Below the pieces are notes generated by a model, which saw only the letters and a program-made list of their open reading frames with translations, was not told where the DNA came from and ran no database searches. Below, piece after piece: positions 10,609 to 18,750 of a DNA stretch of 64,000 nt. Source of the stretch: Candidatus Latescibacterota bacterium. Lineage in GTDB: Bacteria > Latescibacterota > UBA2968 > GCA-2709665. The stretch is from the NCBI GenBank assembly GCA_965222075.1, contig OZ244937.1, positions 2,528,001 through 2,592,000 of the forward strand, in the 5' to 3' direction. The first letter of the stretch is position 1. Every line of letters starts with the position of its first letter. Both the position numbers and the translations under genes were made by a program.

Positions 10609-10637
10609 AATATATCGAAACAAGCTCATATTGTCAA
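10609..10637 (-). promoter_or_regulatory. sigma70-type promoter of the Rieske-cytb-oxidase operon
   Basis: TTGACA-N17-TATATT on the minus strand about 90 bp upstream of the Rieske start. Confidence 0.65.
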
Positions 10638-10716
10638 GCTCGGATTTTGGACCTTTCAGGCTCCTTTTTAAAGATTGCTGGAAAGACCACGCACGACCGA
10701 CCGCAGACGGACGCCC

Positions 10717-11652
10717 TTACTCCCTCCACGCCTTCAGGACCTCGATGGCCGCCTGACGGACCTGCATATCAGGATCTACTCCCCGAAGATCCCGAAGCGT
10801 GGGCGCCATAGACCGGGCATCTAAGAGTTTCACCGCCCGGATCGCCTCTACCATAACATCCCGACGGCGCTCCCCGCTCATCTGCTTGAGCGTCTCCAGG
10901 TACTGGCGGTTCAACATCTCACTCAGAACATCCAACCCGGCGTCATTCCCGGCCCCCGCAAGCTGCAGGGCCGCATTCCAGCGAACGTCGGGCACCCGGT
11001 CCCGTAGCGCAGCCTCCAGCACGGGCCGTACACGGGAATCCTTCAACTGCCCCAGGGCGTAAACCGCCGCCTTTCGAATCCCGGCGTCGTCGCTGGAGGC
11101 CAGCGCAATCAGAGAAGGCACGGCCCGGGCGTCCCCCTGCGCGCCCAGGGAGAACGCCGCATAAATCCGGGTCTCGTCATCCGGATCGTCCAGCGCAGAG
11201 ATCAAAACAGGTACAACCGCAGGGTCCTTGACCATTTTCATCGCAAGCGCGAGATAACGCCGCACCTGGGGGTCGTCGGAACGGGAGGCCTCAAAAACCC
11301 GGATCATCTCCCCGACAAATTTTGGGCGCACCCGCCCCTGGCGCTGCTCTTCGGCCAGCACCTTGGAAAGTTCGTACGCCGCCTGCCACCGGCTGTTGAT
11401 CCCGCCGACCCGAATCGTATCGAGATAGTCCTCCGCCGTCTTGTCCTCTGCCGTCAAAAGTCCCAACAGCAGATAAATCGCCACGCCGACAATCACAATC
11501 GTCAGCGGAAAAACCACAAACTGTCCGATCAGCCGCGACCTGGGCACATCCTGCTCTTTGATCGGAGCGGTCGCTTCCTCCACGATCTGCCTGAGCTCCT
11601 CCGGTGCCGATGTCTGGCCGTCTGTAGGAGGAACTTTCTCTCCTTCAGGCAC
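10717..11652 (-). CDS. membrane-anchored HEAT/PBS-lyase repeat protein
   Basis: One N-terminal TM, repeated ALDDPDDETRIYAAFSLG / DDAGIRKAAVYALG / DVRWNAA units. Confidence 0.85.
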   Translation of the reverse strand: MPEGEKVPPTDGQTSAPEELRQIVEEATAPIKEQDVPRSRLIGQFVVFPLTIVIVGVAIYLLLGLLTAEDKTAEDYLDTIRVGGINSRWQAAYELSKVLAEEQRQGRVRPKFVGEMIRVFEASRSDDPQVRRYLALAMKMVKDPAVVPVLISALDDPDDETRIYAAFSLGAQGDARAVPSLIALASSDDAGIRKAAVYALGQLKDSRVRPVLEAALRDRVPDVRWNAALQLAGAGNDAGLDVLSEMLNRQYLETLKQMSGERRRDVMVEAIRAVKLLDARSMAPTLRDLRGVDPDMQVRQAAIEVLKAWRE

Positions 11653-11704
11653 GTAGCGACTCCCTTTGATAACCTATCCCACAAGCGGGTGTATGAATGT
11701 CAAT

Positions 11705-11733
11705 AATGTAAACCAAATCATAAGCCCTGTCAA
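11705..11733 (-). promoter_or_regulatory. sigma70-type promoter of the HEAT gene
   Basis: TTGACA-N17-TACATT. Confidence 0.6.
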
Positions 11734-11858
11734 GAAATTGATGACACGATAATAAGAAAAAATGATTTCTTACATTAAGGGATATTCGGCGTCCACACCC
11801 TTCCGGCCGCGGGATATCAGCGGTTGTTCCCCGATACCATAAACAGGAGAGTTCTCCC

Positions 11859-11887
11859 TTGACAAGTCCGACAAAAGGCCGTATTTT
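11859..11887 (+). promoter_or_regulatory. sigma70-type promoter of the ferredoxin gene
   Basis: TTGACA-N17-TATTTT; this argues against the TTG at 11859 being the start codon. Confidence 0.55.
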
Positions 11888-11933
11888 ATGTCTTGGTCTA
11901 TCAATTTATTGGTTCTCTCCAGGAGGGCACAAG

Positions 11934-12671
11934 GTGGCCGAAGTCGATCTCTCCCAGTTTGACGGGATCTCAGACCGGGTTGCCCGCGCCAGGGCCAAAT
12001 CCGAGGCGATGCGCAAGGCAAAAGCGGGTGGGGGTGAAAGCGCCTCTGCTGCACCTGAAGCAGCCGTTGCGGAGGGGGCGCAGGGGGATGGAGGGGATGC
12101 CGTTGAAAAAGAGGCCCCGGGCCTCCCCATTCTCGAATTCAACCCCGGCATCCACTTCAAATGGAAAGGTCGGGCGGGCAGAACCATCGGCATCCGCTAC
12201 GACCTCGTCAGCTTTGTCTACGATGACGATCCCGACCAGGTCGTCACCGCCGACCGGTACCGGCTCAGCCATGCCCATGCGGAGGGAGACCTCGAATTTG
12301 CCCCCAAAGCCGAGGTCTATCGCCCCGACCGGGCCGGCAAGAGCGACCGGGTCGACTACCACGACTACCTGTGGCTCGACACCCGAAAGGGCATGACCGC
12401 GAAGAAAAGGCGCCCCAAGATTCTTGCCATCATCAACCCGGACTACTGTACCGGCTGCAACGCCTGCATCGAAGTCTGTCCTACCGACTGCATTGAAGAG
12501 GTCGATGTGGCCGACGCGGGTCTGGACGGTCTTGGCCACTTTTGCGAAGTCCGGCTCGAAGACTGTATCGGGTGCAAACAGTGCGTGCCGATGTGTCCCT
12601 GGGAGGCCATCGACATGTTCGACACCCAGCAGGTTGAAGAGGCCTACGGCATTCCGGTGGGAACCCTATAG
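11934..12671 (+). CDS. 2[4Fe-4S] ferredoxin with extended N-terminal region
   Basis: CTGCNACIEVCP and CIGCKQCVPMCP motifs; GTG start after AGGAGG at 11921. Confidence 0.85.
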   Translation: MAEVDLSQFDGISDRVARARAKSEAMRKAKAGGGESASAAPEAAVAEGAQGDGGDAVEKEAPGLPILEFNPGIHFKWKGRAGRTIGIRYDLVSFVYDDDPDQVVTADRYRLSHAHAEGDLEFAPKAEVYRPDRAGKSDRVDYHDYLWLDTRKGMTAKKRRPKILAIINPDYCTGCNACIEVCPTDCIEEVDVADAGLDGLGHFCEVRLEDCIGCKQCVPMCPWEAIDMFDTQQVEEAYGIPVGTL

Positions 12672-12695
12672 TCTCACGCCCCAGGCCCTATGGTG

Positions 12696-12729
12696 AAGCG
12701 GAGGTCGACACCCGTCGGCTTCCGCTTTT
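12696..12729. terminator. hairpin terminator between the convergent ferredoxin and rluD genes
   Basis: AAGCGGAGGTCGAC-N4-GTCGGCTTCCGCTT followed by T residues. Confidence 0.6.
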
Positions 12730-12779
12730 CTGTAAGAAGCTGGCCCCCTTCACATTCGGTCAAAATAACGATTCGCGGC

Positions 12780-13742
12780 TCACGACTCACCACTCGCAAC
12801 GATCTTCTCCAACACCTCCCGCATATCCTCCGGCGGCTCGGCCTCAAACCGGAGGGTTTCTCCCATGACCGGGTGGACAAACCCCAGAGCCGCTGCGTGC
12901 AGCATCTGTCGCGTGGCCCTCTTGAGCAGCGCCCTGGCCTCGCCCCGAAATTGTGGGGCAATCCCCTTTATCCTGCCCTGTCCCCCGCCGTAGACCGTAT
13001 CGCCAAAGACCGGATGTCCGATATGGGCCATGTGCACCCGGATCTGATGTGTCCGCCCCGTTTCCAGCCGCACCAACAACAGAGAGAGAAAATCGTAGGT
13101 CGCCGCTACCTCAAACCGTGTGGCCGCATGGCGCCCGCCTTCCTCTCGCACGGCCATCCGCTTTTTTTCCTTCCGATGCCGGCCAATCGGCGCCTCCACC
13201 CGCCCCGTCCTCTCGGGCAGGCGGCCCCAGACCAGCGCCGTGTAGCGCCGCATCGTGGTTCTCTCCTCAAACTGCCGGGCAAGCCTCCGGTGTGTCAGGT
13301 CGTCTTTGGCCACCACCACCAGCCCCGACGTCTCCTTGTCCAGCCGGTGCACAATCCCGGAACGGAGCACCCCGTTGATTCCCGACAGCCGGTCGCAGTG
13401 TCCCAGCAGCGCATTCACCAGCGTCCCCGACCACACCCTCCCGGCCGGGTGCACCACCATCCCCGCCGGCTTGTTGACCACCAGCAGATGATCGTCCTCA
13501 AAAAAAATATCCAGAGGAATCGCCTCTGGATGAATCGACGTCGGTTCAGGCGGGGGAGGGGAGATCGCCACCCGATCTCCGGCCGAAACCCGATAGCTTG
13601 GCCGCACCTCCCGTCCGTTGACCCTGACGTGCCCTGCGGCAATCAAGTGCTGAAGGCGGGATCTCGAAAACGCCGGGCAGGCCGCTGCCAGGAGCCGGTC
13701 TAAGCGTTCCCCTTCACGGTCGGGGTTGATCTCCATCTCCAT
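12780..13742 (-). CDS. rluD: RluA/RluD family pseudouridine synthase
   Basis: S4 domain RLDRLL, NKPAGMVVHP, HRLDKETSG, GRTHQIRVH. Confidence 0.92.
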   Translation of the reverse strand: MEMEINPDREGERLDRLLAAACPAFSRSRLQHLIAAGHVRVNGREVRPSYRVSAGDRVAISPPPPEPTSIHPEAIPLDIFFEDDHLLVVNKPAGMVVHPAGRVWSGTLVNALLGHCDRLSGINGVLRSGIVHRLDKETSGLVVVAKDDLTHRRLARQFEERTTMRRYTALVWGRLPERTGRVEAPIGRHRKEKKRMAVREEGGRHAATRFEVAATYDFLSLLLVRLETGRTHQIRVHMAHIGHPVFGDTVYGGGQGRIKGIAPQFRGEARALLKRATRQMLHAAALGFVHPVMGETLRFEAEPPEDMREVLEKIVASGES

Positions 13743-14202
13743 CCGTCTCTCCCTCACCCTTCTTCTGGAATCCATAGGAAAGAATCAGCAGACCGGCCCC
13801 GGTGGTCACACAGGAATCGGCCAGGTTAAACACCCACCAGCGGAGTGACCCGACCCCAAAATCCAGGAAATCGATCACCACGCCAAACCGCAGCCGGTCC
13901 ACCACATTTCCGATCGCACCGCCCAGGACCAAAGCCAGGCCCACAGCAGCCAGCCGCTCTGCTGCCGGCAGCCGCCACAGCAACACCCCCACCAGGACCA
14001 GAGCCGCCCCCGCAAAGAGGAGGTGGAGGACCTTCCCACCCAGCGTCAGCCCGAAAACCGCCCCCGGATTGTGGATATAGGTCAATTTAAAAAATGACCC
14101 CAGGACGGGAATCGATTCCCCCAGGGCCATCGTCTCCATTACCAGCCACTTGGAAGCCTGATCCAGCAGCACCACGATCCCTACAATCCAGAGCGTCCGC
14201 AC
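13714..14202 (-). CDS. lspA: lipoprotein signal peptidase
   Basis: DQASK, NPGAVFG, GGAIGNVVDR, VIDF, FNLADS; GTG start after AGGAGG (the track's N-terminal extension runs through a repeat). Confidence 0.92.
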   Translation of the reverse strand: MRTLWIVGIVVLLDQASKWLVMETMALGESIPVLGSFFKLTYIHNPGAVFGLTLGGKVLHLLFAGAALVLVGVLLWRLPAAERLAAVGLALVLGGAIGNVVDRLRFGVVIDFLDFGVGSLRWWVFNLADSCVTTGAGLLILSYGFQKKGEGETDGDGDQPRP

Positions 14203-14217
14203 CCCACCTCCTGTTGA

Positions 14218-14270
14218 ATTTCGGATTGCGGATCTGCGGATTGAAGCGCTTTTGTTCCGCAATCCGAAAT
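14218..14270. repeat. heptamer-based inverted repeat
   Basis: ATTTCGGATTGCGGA (14218-14232) and TCCGCAATCCGAAAT (14256-14270) are a perfect 15-bp inverted pair. Confidence 0.8.
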
Positions 14271-14287
14271 GATGTTCCTCCATCTAC

Positions 14288-14674
14288 CTAAACGAACTTA
14301 CGCTTCTGTTTCTGTTCCGACTCTTTACAGGGCACACAGACCGTGGTGGTGGGCACCGCCTCAATCCGCGCTTTGGGTATCTCCTTACCACAGACGCGGC
14401 ATATCCCGAACCTTCTATCCTGAATCCGCTTCAGAGCATCCTCCACCTGCTCCAAATACGCGCCGTTCCGGGAGGAGAAGTAATAGGCCTTCTCCCGTTC
14501 AATAGCGTCGCTGCCCAGTTCGGCCATATGATCGGAATAGGTCAGATCTCCCGAAGAATCGGCCACATCCGCATTCATCGAATGCGCTTCCAGCAGCCCC
14601 ATATCCCGCATTATCGACAACCGCTTTTCTTCGAGCAGCCGTCTGAAATGTTCGAGATCTTCCTCAGCCATCAT
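14288..14674 (-). CDS. TraR/DksA C4 zinc-finger protein
   Basis: Coiled coil, HMAELGSD tip, CRVC...RIEAVP...CVPC. Confidence 0.88.
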   Translation of the reverse strand: MMAEEDLEHFRRLLEEKRLSIMRDMGLLEAHSMNADVADSSGDLTYSDHMAELGSDAIEREKAYYFSSRNGAYLEQVEDALKRIQDRRFGICRVCGKEIPKARIEAVPTTTVCVPCKESEQKQKRKFV

Positions 14675-14737
14675 CCCCCTCCTGTGCCGCCGAAACCCCA
14701 TCCGATCCGGCTCAGCCGCTTTTTCTTAGAAACACCT

Positions 14738-17700
14738 TCACCGGCTCTGCGTCAATCTTATACGCGATATACCGATGGTGCCGGACAACCCGTTGAGCTG
14801 ACACTCCTGCTTCAGCAAACAGACGTCCGGTAGCTCGCCGATGAGCACATCCTCCGCGAGCGTCTCACCGCCGACGTAGTCACGGTGGCGCGCCACGGCC
14901 TCCTCCAGCGCCCCAGCGCCCCGAACGCCCACCCGGATGCGGTCGGAGACGTCCAGTCCGGTCTCCTTACGCATATTCTGTACCCTGTTGACAAACTCGC
15001 GCGCCGTGCATTCGGCGATCAGCTCGTCGTCTAAGCGAACGTCAAGCCCAACGCCTAAGTTGCTCTCAATGGCCACGATCAGATCGTCCTTCTCTCTGCG
15101 CTGGACTTCCAGGTCGTCGAGGCCGATCTCACCGGAGGCGGCCTCGATCTTTTCACCGGCGCGTAGGCGTTTGATCTCATCGGGCGTCAACTGCTGGATG
15201 CGCGTTACAACCTCCACCATCCGTTTTCCAAAACGGGGCCCCAGGATCCGGAAGTTGGGCTTGTAGGACACCTCGCTCAGTTCGGTCTCGTCCTCGATCA
15301 GCACCACGTTCTTGATGTTCAACTCATCGGCAATCAGTTTCTGAATCTCCATCAGCGCATCCTGGCTGCGTTCATCGGGCGGCAGCAGATAGAGCCGTCG
15401 CAGCGGCTGGCGGACCTTCAAATTGTGCTTGCTTCGAAGCGAGCGGCCCAGGCCCACGGCGCGCATTGCCAGGTACATCTGTTCTTCGAGATCCGGGTCG
15501 CGCAGCGACTCGTCGGCCTGCGGCATGTCGCACAGGTGTACGCTCTGGGGCGCATCGGCATTGTACGAGCGGACGAGGTTCTGGTAGATCTGTTCCGTCA
15601 CGAACGGAAGCACCGGAGCCAGGACCTTGACAAACGTGACCAGCACCTCATAAAGCGTCGCATAGGCCGACGCCTTGTCGGCATCGTCCTCCGACTTCCA
15701 GAAGCGCCGGCGGCTACGCCGGATGTACCAGTTCGTCAACTTTTTCACGAAGGCCACCATCACCGGCGCCGTCTTGTACAGCCGGTAGGCCTCCATCTCG
15801 GCATTGATGTCGTGCAGCAGCGTCTGGAGCTCGGAAATTATCCACCGGTCGAGCTTGTGCTCGCGCTCTACGCCCTCCGCCCGCTCCGGCGTCCAGCCAT
15901 CGATATTCGCGTACGTGACGAAAATGCCGCTGTAGGCATTCCACAGCGGGATGATCACGGCTCGCAGGCTCTCCTGGATCCCCCTCTCGCTGATGCGCAG
16001 TTCCTCAGCCTTGAGCGCGGACGAGTTCAGGAGGTAGAGCCGCAGGGCATCCGCGCCGTAGGCATCTAACATCTCGGTCGGATCGGGGTAGTTCTTCAGC
16101 CGCTTGCTCATCTTGCGCCCGTCTTCGGCAAGTAGCATGCCCGACACGATGCAGTTCTTGAACGCCGGCCCGTCGAACAGCGCGGCCCCCAGCACCGTGA
16201 GGGTGTAAAACCAGCCGCGGGTCTGGTCCAGGCCCTCCGAAATGAAATCAGCGGGAAAATTCGCCTCAAAAAACGCCCTGTTCTCAAACGGATAGTGGGT
16301 CTGCGCGTAAGGCACCGAACCCGACTCGAACCAGCAGTCGAGCACCTCCGGGATACGCCTGAGCACACCCCGTCCCGTTGGGCTGGGGATCTCGATCCGG
16401 TCGATCAGGTGCTTGTGTAAATCCTCTACCTTCTGTCCGCTGAGCGCCTCGAGTTCCTCCCGGCTGCCCACGCAAACAGCCTCCCCAGTCTCCTCGTTCC
16501 GCCACACCGGCAGCGGCGTGCCCCAGTACCGGTTCCGGCTGATCGCCCAGTCGCGCGCGTCTTCCAGCCAGCGTCCGAACCGGCCGTCTTTGATATGTTC
16601 TGGAACCCAGTGGATCTGCCGGTTTGCGGCGACCATCCGCTCCTTGATCGACTCGATCGCCACAAACCAGGTCGAAACCGCCCGGTAGATCAGCGGGGAC
16701 TCACACCGCCAGCAGTAGGGGTAGCCGTGGACCAGCGTGCCTTCGGAAAACAACAGCTCTTCCTCCCGCAGCCGCCGGGTAATGGCGCGGTCCGTATCCT
16801 TGACGAACTGCCCCTCGTAGCCCGGGACCTCATCCGTAAACGCGCAGTCCTCGTCGATTGGACACACCACCGGGATGCCCTGCGTCTGCCCGAGCCGGTA
16901 GTCGTCCTCCCCGAATCCCGGCGCGATATGAACGATCCCCGTGCCGTCTTCCGTCGACACGAAATCCGCCGCAACCACCCGAAAGGCTCCTTCCTCCCGC
17001 TTATCCTCAAAATCCTCGAACAGCGGCTCGTAGGTCATCTGCAGCAGCGCCTCAACCGGCTGGTCATCCACCCGGTCCACCCCTTCCCTGTGCGCCTTGA
17101 ACACCTCCTCGAAAAGCGGCTTTGCAACGATCAACTGCTCCCCGTCCACCATATGCACGCGCACATAGGCAATCTCTTCCCCCAATGCCAAGGCCATGTT
17201 CGACGGCAGCGTCCAGGGCGTGGTCGTCCACGCCAGGATCGACGTGTTCTCTTCCCCCCGCACGCTGAAGCGCACCGTAATGGACGGATCCTGCGTGTCC
17301 TGATAGCCGCCCAGGTTGACCTCGAAGTTCGACAGCGGCGTGGCGCAGCGGGGGCAGTAGGCTAAGGAGTAATATCCCTCGTAAATCAGTTCCTTTTCCC
17401 ACAGGCTCTTGAACACCCACCACACTGACTCCATAAAGTCCGCGTCCATCGTGCGGTACTGGTTGTTCCAGTCCACCCACCGGCCACACCGCTGGATGAT
17501 CTGTTTCCACTCCGATGTGTACCGAAGCACCAGTTCGCGGCAAAACTCGTTGAACTCGCTGACCCCGAACTTGAGAATGTCGCGCCTTGACTTCAGCCCC
17601 AGCTGCTGCTCGGCCTCGTTCTCGACGGGTAGGCCGTGGCAGTCCCACCCGAACCGTCGTTCCACACAATAGCCGCGCATCGTCCAGTACCGGAGCACAA

Positions 17701-17926
17701 CGTCTTTAATAATCGAGGGCAGAAGATTCCCGTAGTGGGGCAGGCCGCTGGCGAACGGAGGGCCGTCGATAAAGATAAAAGACTTCGATTCCGGACGGCC
17801 CGCCACGGACTTCTCGAAGGTCCTGTTCTCCTCCCAGAAGCGAATGACCTCCGCCTCCATCTTCGGAAAATCGGCCTGGCCTGAGACCTCTTGAAACACG
17901 GCGTTGCTCTTTTTTGCAGTTCCCAT
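14738..17926 (-). CDS. ileS: isoleucyl-tRNA synthetase, type 2
   Basis: DGPPFASGLPHYGN, GWDCHGLP, WTTTPWTLP, DWAISRNRYWG, KMSKR; long type-2 C-terminus without the type-1 Zn finger. Confidence 0.95.
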   Translation of the reverse strand: MGTAKKSNAVFQEVSGQADFPKMEAEVIRFWEENRTFEKSVAGRPESKSFIFIDGPPFASGLPHYGNLLPSIIKDVVLRYWTMRGYCVERRFGWDCHGLPVENEAEQQLGLKSRRDILKFGVSEFNEFCRELVLRYTSEWKQIIQRCGRWVDWNNQYRTMDADFMESVWWVFKSLWEKELIYEGYYSLAYCPRCATPLSNFEVNLGGYQDTQDPSITVRFSVRGEENTSILAWTTTPWTLPSNMALALGEEIAYVRVHMVDGEQLIVAKPLFEEVFKAHREGVDRVDDQPVEALLQMTYEPLFEDFEDKREEGAFRVVAADFVSTEDGTGIVHIAPGFGEDDYRLGQTQGIPVVCPIDEDCAFTDEVPGYEGQFVKDTDRAITRRLREEELLFSEGTLVHGYPYCWRCESPLIYRAVSTWFVAIESIKERMVAANRQIHWVPEHIKDGRFGRWLEDARDWAISRNRYWGTPLPVWRNEETGEAVCVGSREELEALSGQKVEDLHKHLIDRIEIPSPTGRGVLRRIPEVLDCWFESGSVPYAQTHYPFENRAFFEANFPADFISEGLDQTRGWFYTLTVLGAALFDGPAFKNCIVSGMLLAEDGRKMSKRLKNYPDPTEMLDAYGADALRLYLLNSSALKAEELRISERGIQESLRAVIIPLWNAYSGIFVTYANIDGWTPERAEGVEREHKLDRWIISELQTLLHDINAEMEAYRLYKTAPVMVAFVKKLTNWYIRRSRRRFWKSEDDADKASAYATLYEVLVTFVKVLAPVLPFVTEQIYQNLVRSYNADAPQSVHLCDMPQADESLRDPDLEEQMYLAMRAVGLGRSLRSKHNLKVRQPLRRLYLLPPDERSQDALMEIQKLIADELNIKNVVLIEDETELSEVSYKPNFRILGPRFGKRMVEVVTRIQQLTPDEIKRLRAGEKIEAASGEIGLDDLEVQRREKDDLIVAIESNLGVGLDVRLDDELIAECTAREFVNRVQNMRKETGLDVSDRIRVGVRGAGALEEAVARHRDYVGGETLAEDVLIGELPDVCLLKQECQLNGLSGTIGISRIRLTQSR

Positions 17927-17983
17927 GACTGTTATCACAAACTTTTGAATTCATCCGGTTGATTGTTCAGCTTTCGATTCTTG

Positions 17984-18247
17984 TCACTCATAAACCTCTC
18001 GACGATGTCCGACTTTTAAAACCGTCAACTTCTCAGCAGACCAGTCTATTTGGTAGATAATCCAATAATCGCCAATGCGGTATTTAAAACATCCCCTCCA
18101 CTCCTCTCCCTGGAGCGCCTGGTGACGCAACAGGTCTGTGTTTTTTCCCATCCACTCTATCTTGTCCAGAATACGTGTCTGAAAATCAGAAGTGAGGCGC
18201 CTGACATCTGCCTGTGCTTCAGGCGTCAGAATAATTTCAAGAGGCAT
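17984..18247 (-). CDS. RelE/ParE family toxin
   Basis: 87 aa, IILTPEAQADV...FKYRIGDYWIIY...KVGHRREVY. Confidence 0.85.
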   Translation of the reverse strand: MPLEIILTPEAQADVRRLTSDFQTRILDKIEWMGKNTDLLRHQALQGEEWRGCFKYRIGDYWIIYQIDWSAEKLTVLKVGHRREVYE

Positions 18248-18484
18248 TCATCGTCCAATCTGATCTCGAAAAGTCTTCAGATCGACGCCTTCTCCTGCAC
18301 GTGCCTGTTTCAGAGAACGCCTCAAAGATGCTGCGAACTCAGGCCGAAGTTCTCCCTCTTCTTCCTGTGAGCCTGTCAGAGCATCCATCAACTGAGTAAG
18401 CCAGACGTCGAGCCGCCTGTCTATCGTACGTCCGATCAGTTCCTCAAGCTCTTCTTGTGACAGGTCTGCCAAAGTCCTGCTCAT
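18248..18484 (-). CDS. putative antitoxin
   Basis: 78 aa acidic protein abutting the toxin start; C-terminal RSLKQARAGEGVDL resembles RelE-cognate antitoxins. Confidence 0.7.
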   Translation of the reverse strand: MSRTLADLSQEELEELIGRTIDRRLDVWLTQLMDALTGSQEEEGELRPEFAASLRRSLKQARAGEGVDLKTFRDQIGR

Positions 18485-18504
18485 CGCTCAATTCCCTTAA
18501 CGTC

Positions 18505-18636
18505 AAAGTTCTCTAAACCGAGATCGCATACCGACTTGGAATTGAAACCCAGATCCTTCTCCACCTCCACCTCCACCCACAGCCCCTGGCAGTCGAACCC
18601 GTTCTGATAGCGCTGGTCGAACCCCTTCATCGTCTT
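18505..18636 (-). pseudogene. relic fragment of a second isoleucyl-tRNA synthetase
   Basis: Manual translation KTMKGFDQRYQNGFDCQGLWVEVEVEKDLGFNSK...GLENF aligns with WTMRGYCVERRFGWDCHGLPVENEAEQQLGLKS...GVSEF of the intact IleRS. Confidence 0.75.
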
Positions 18637-18750
18637 TAATCTCAACAAATGAATTCGAACTTAACTCCATCTGGCTATCCAACGATCCTTTGTTGAGTGG
18701 CTGATAAACACCAGATAATTTTCTATTGTTCTTTTTGACACCAGCAGAAT

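Noticed and set aside
4989-13703. Long plus-strand ORFs (4989-6200, 6492-7502, 12690-13703 and others)
   Set aside because: Antisense shadows of the cytochrome and rluD genes.
14203-14283. N-terminal extension of LspA in the ORF track
   Set aside because: It is a translation of the heptamer inverted repeat; a GTG with an AGGAGG RBS at 14202 gives normal length.
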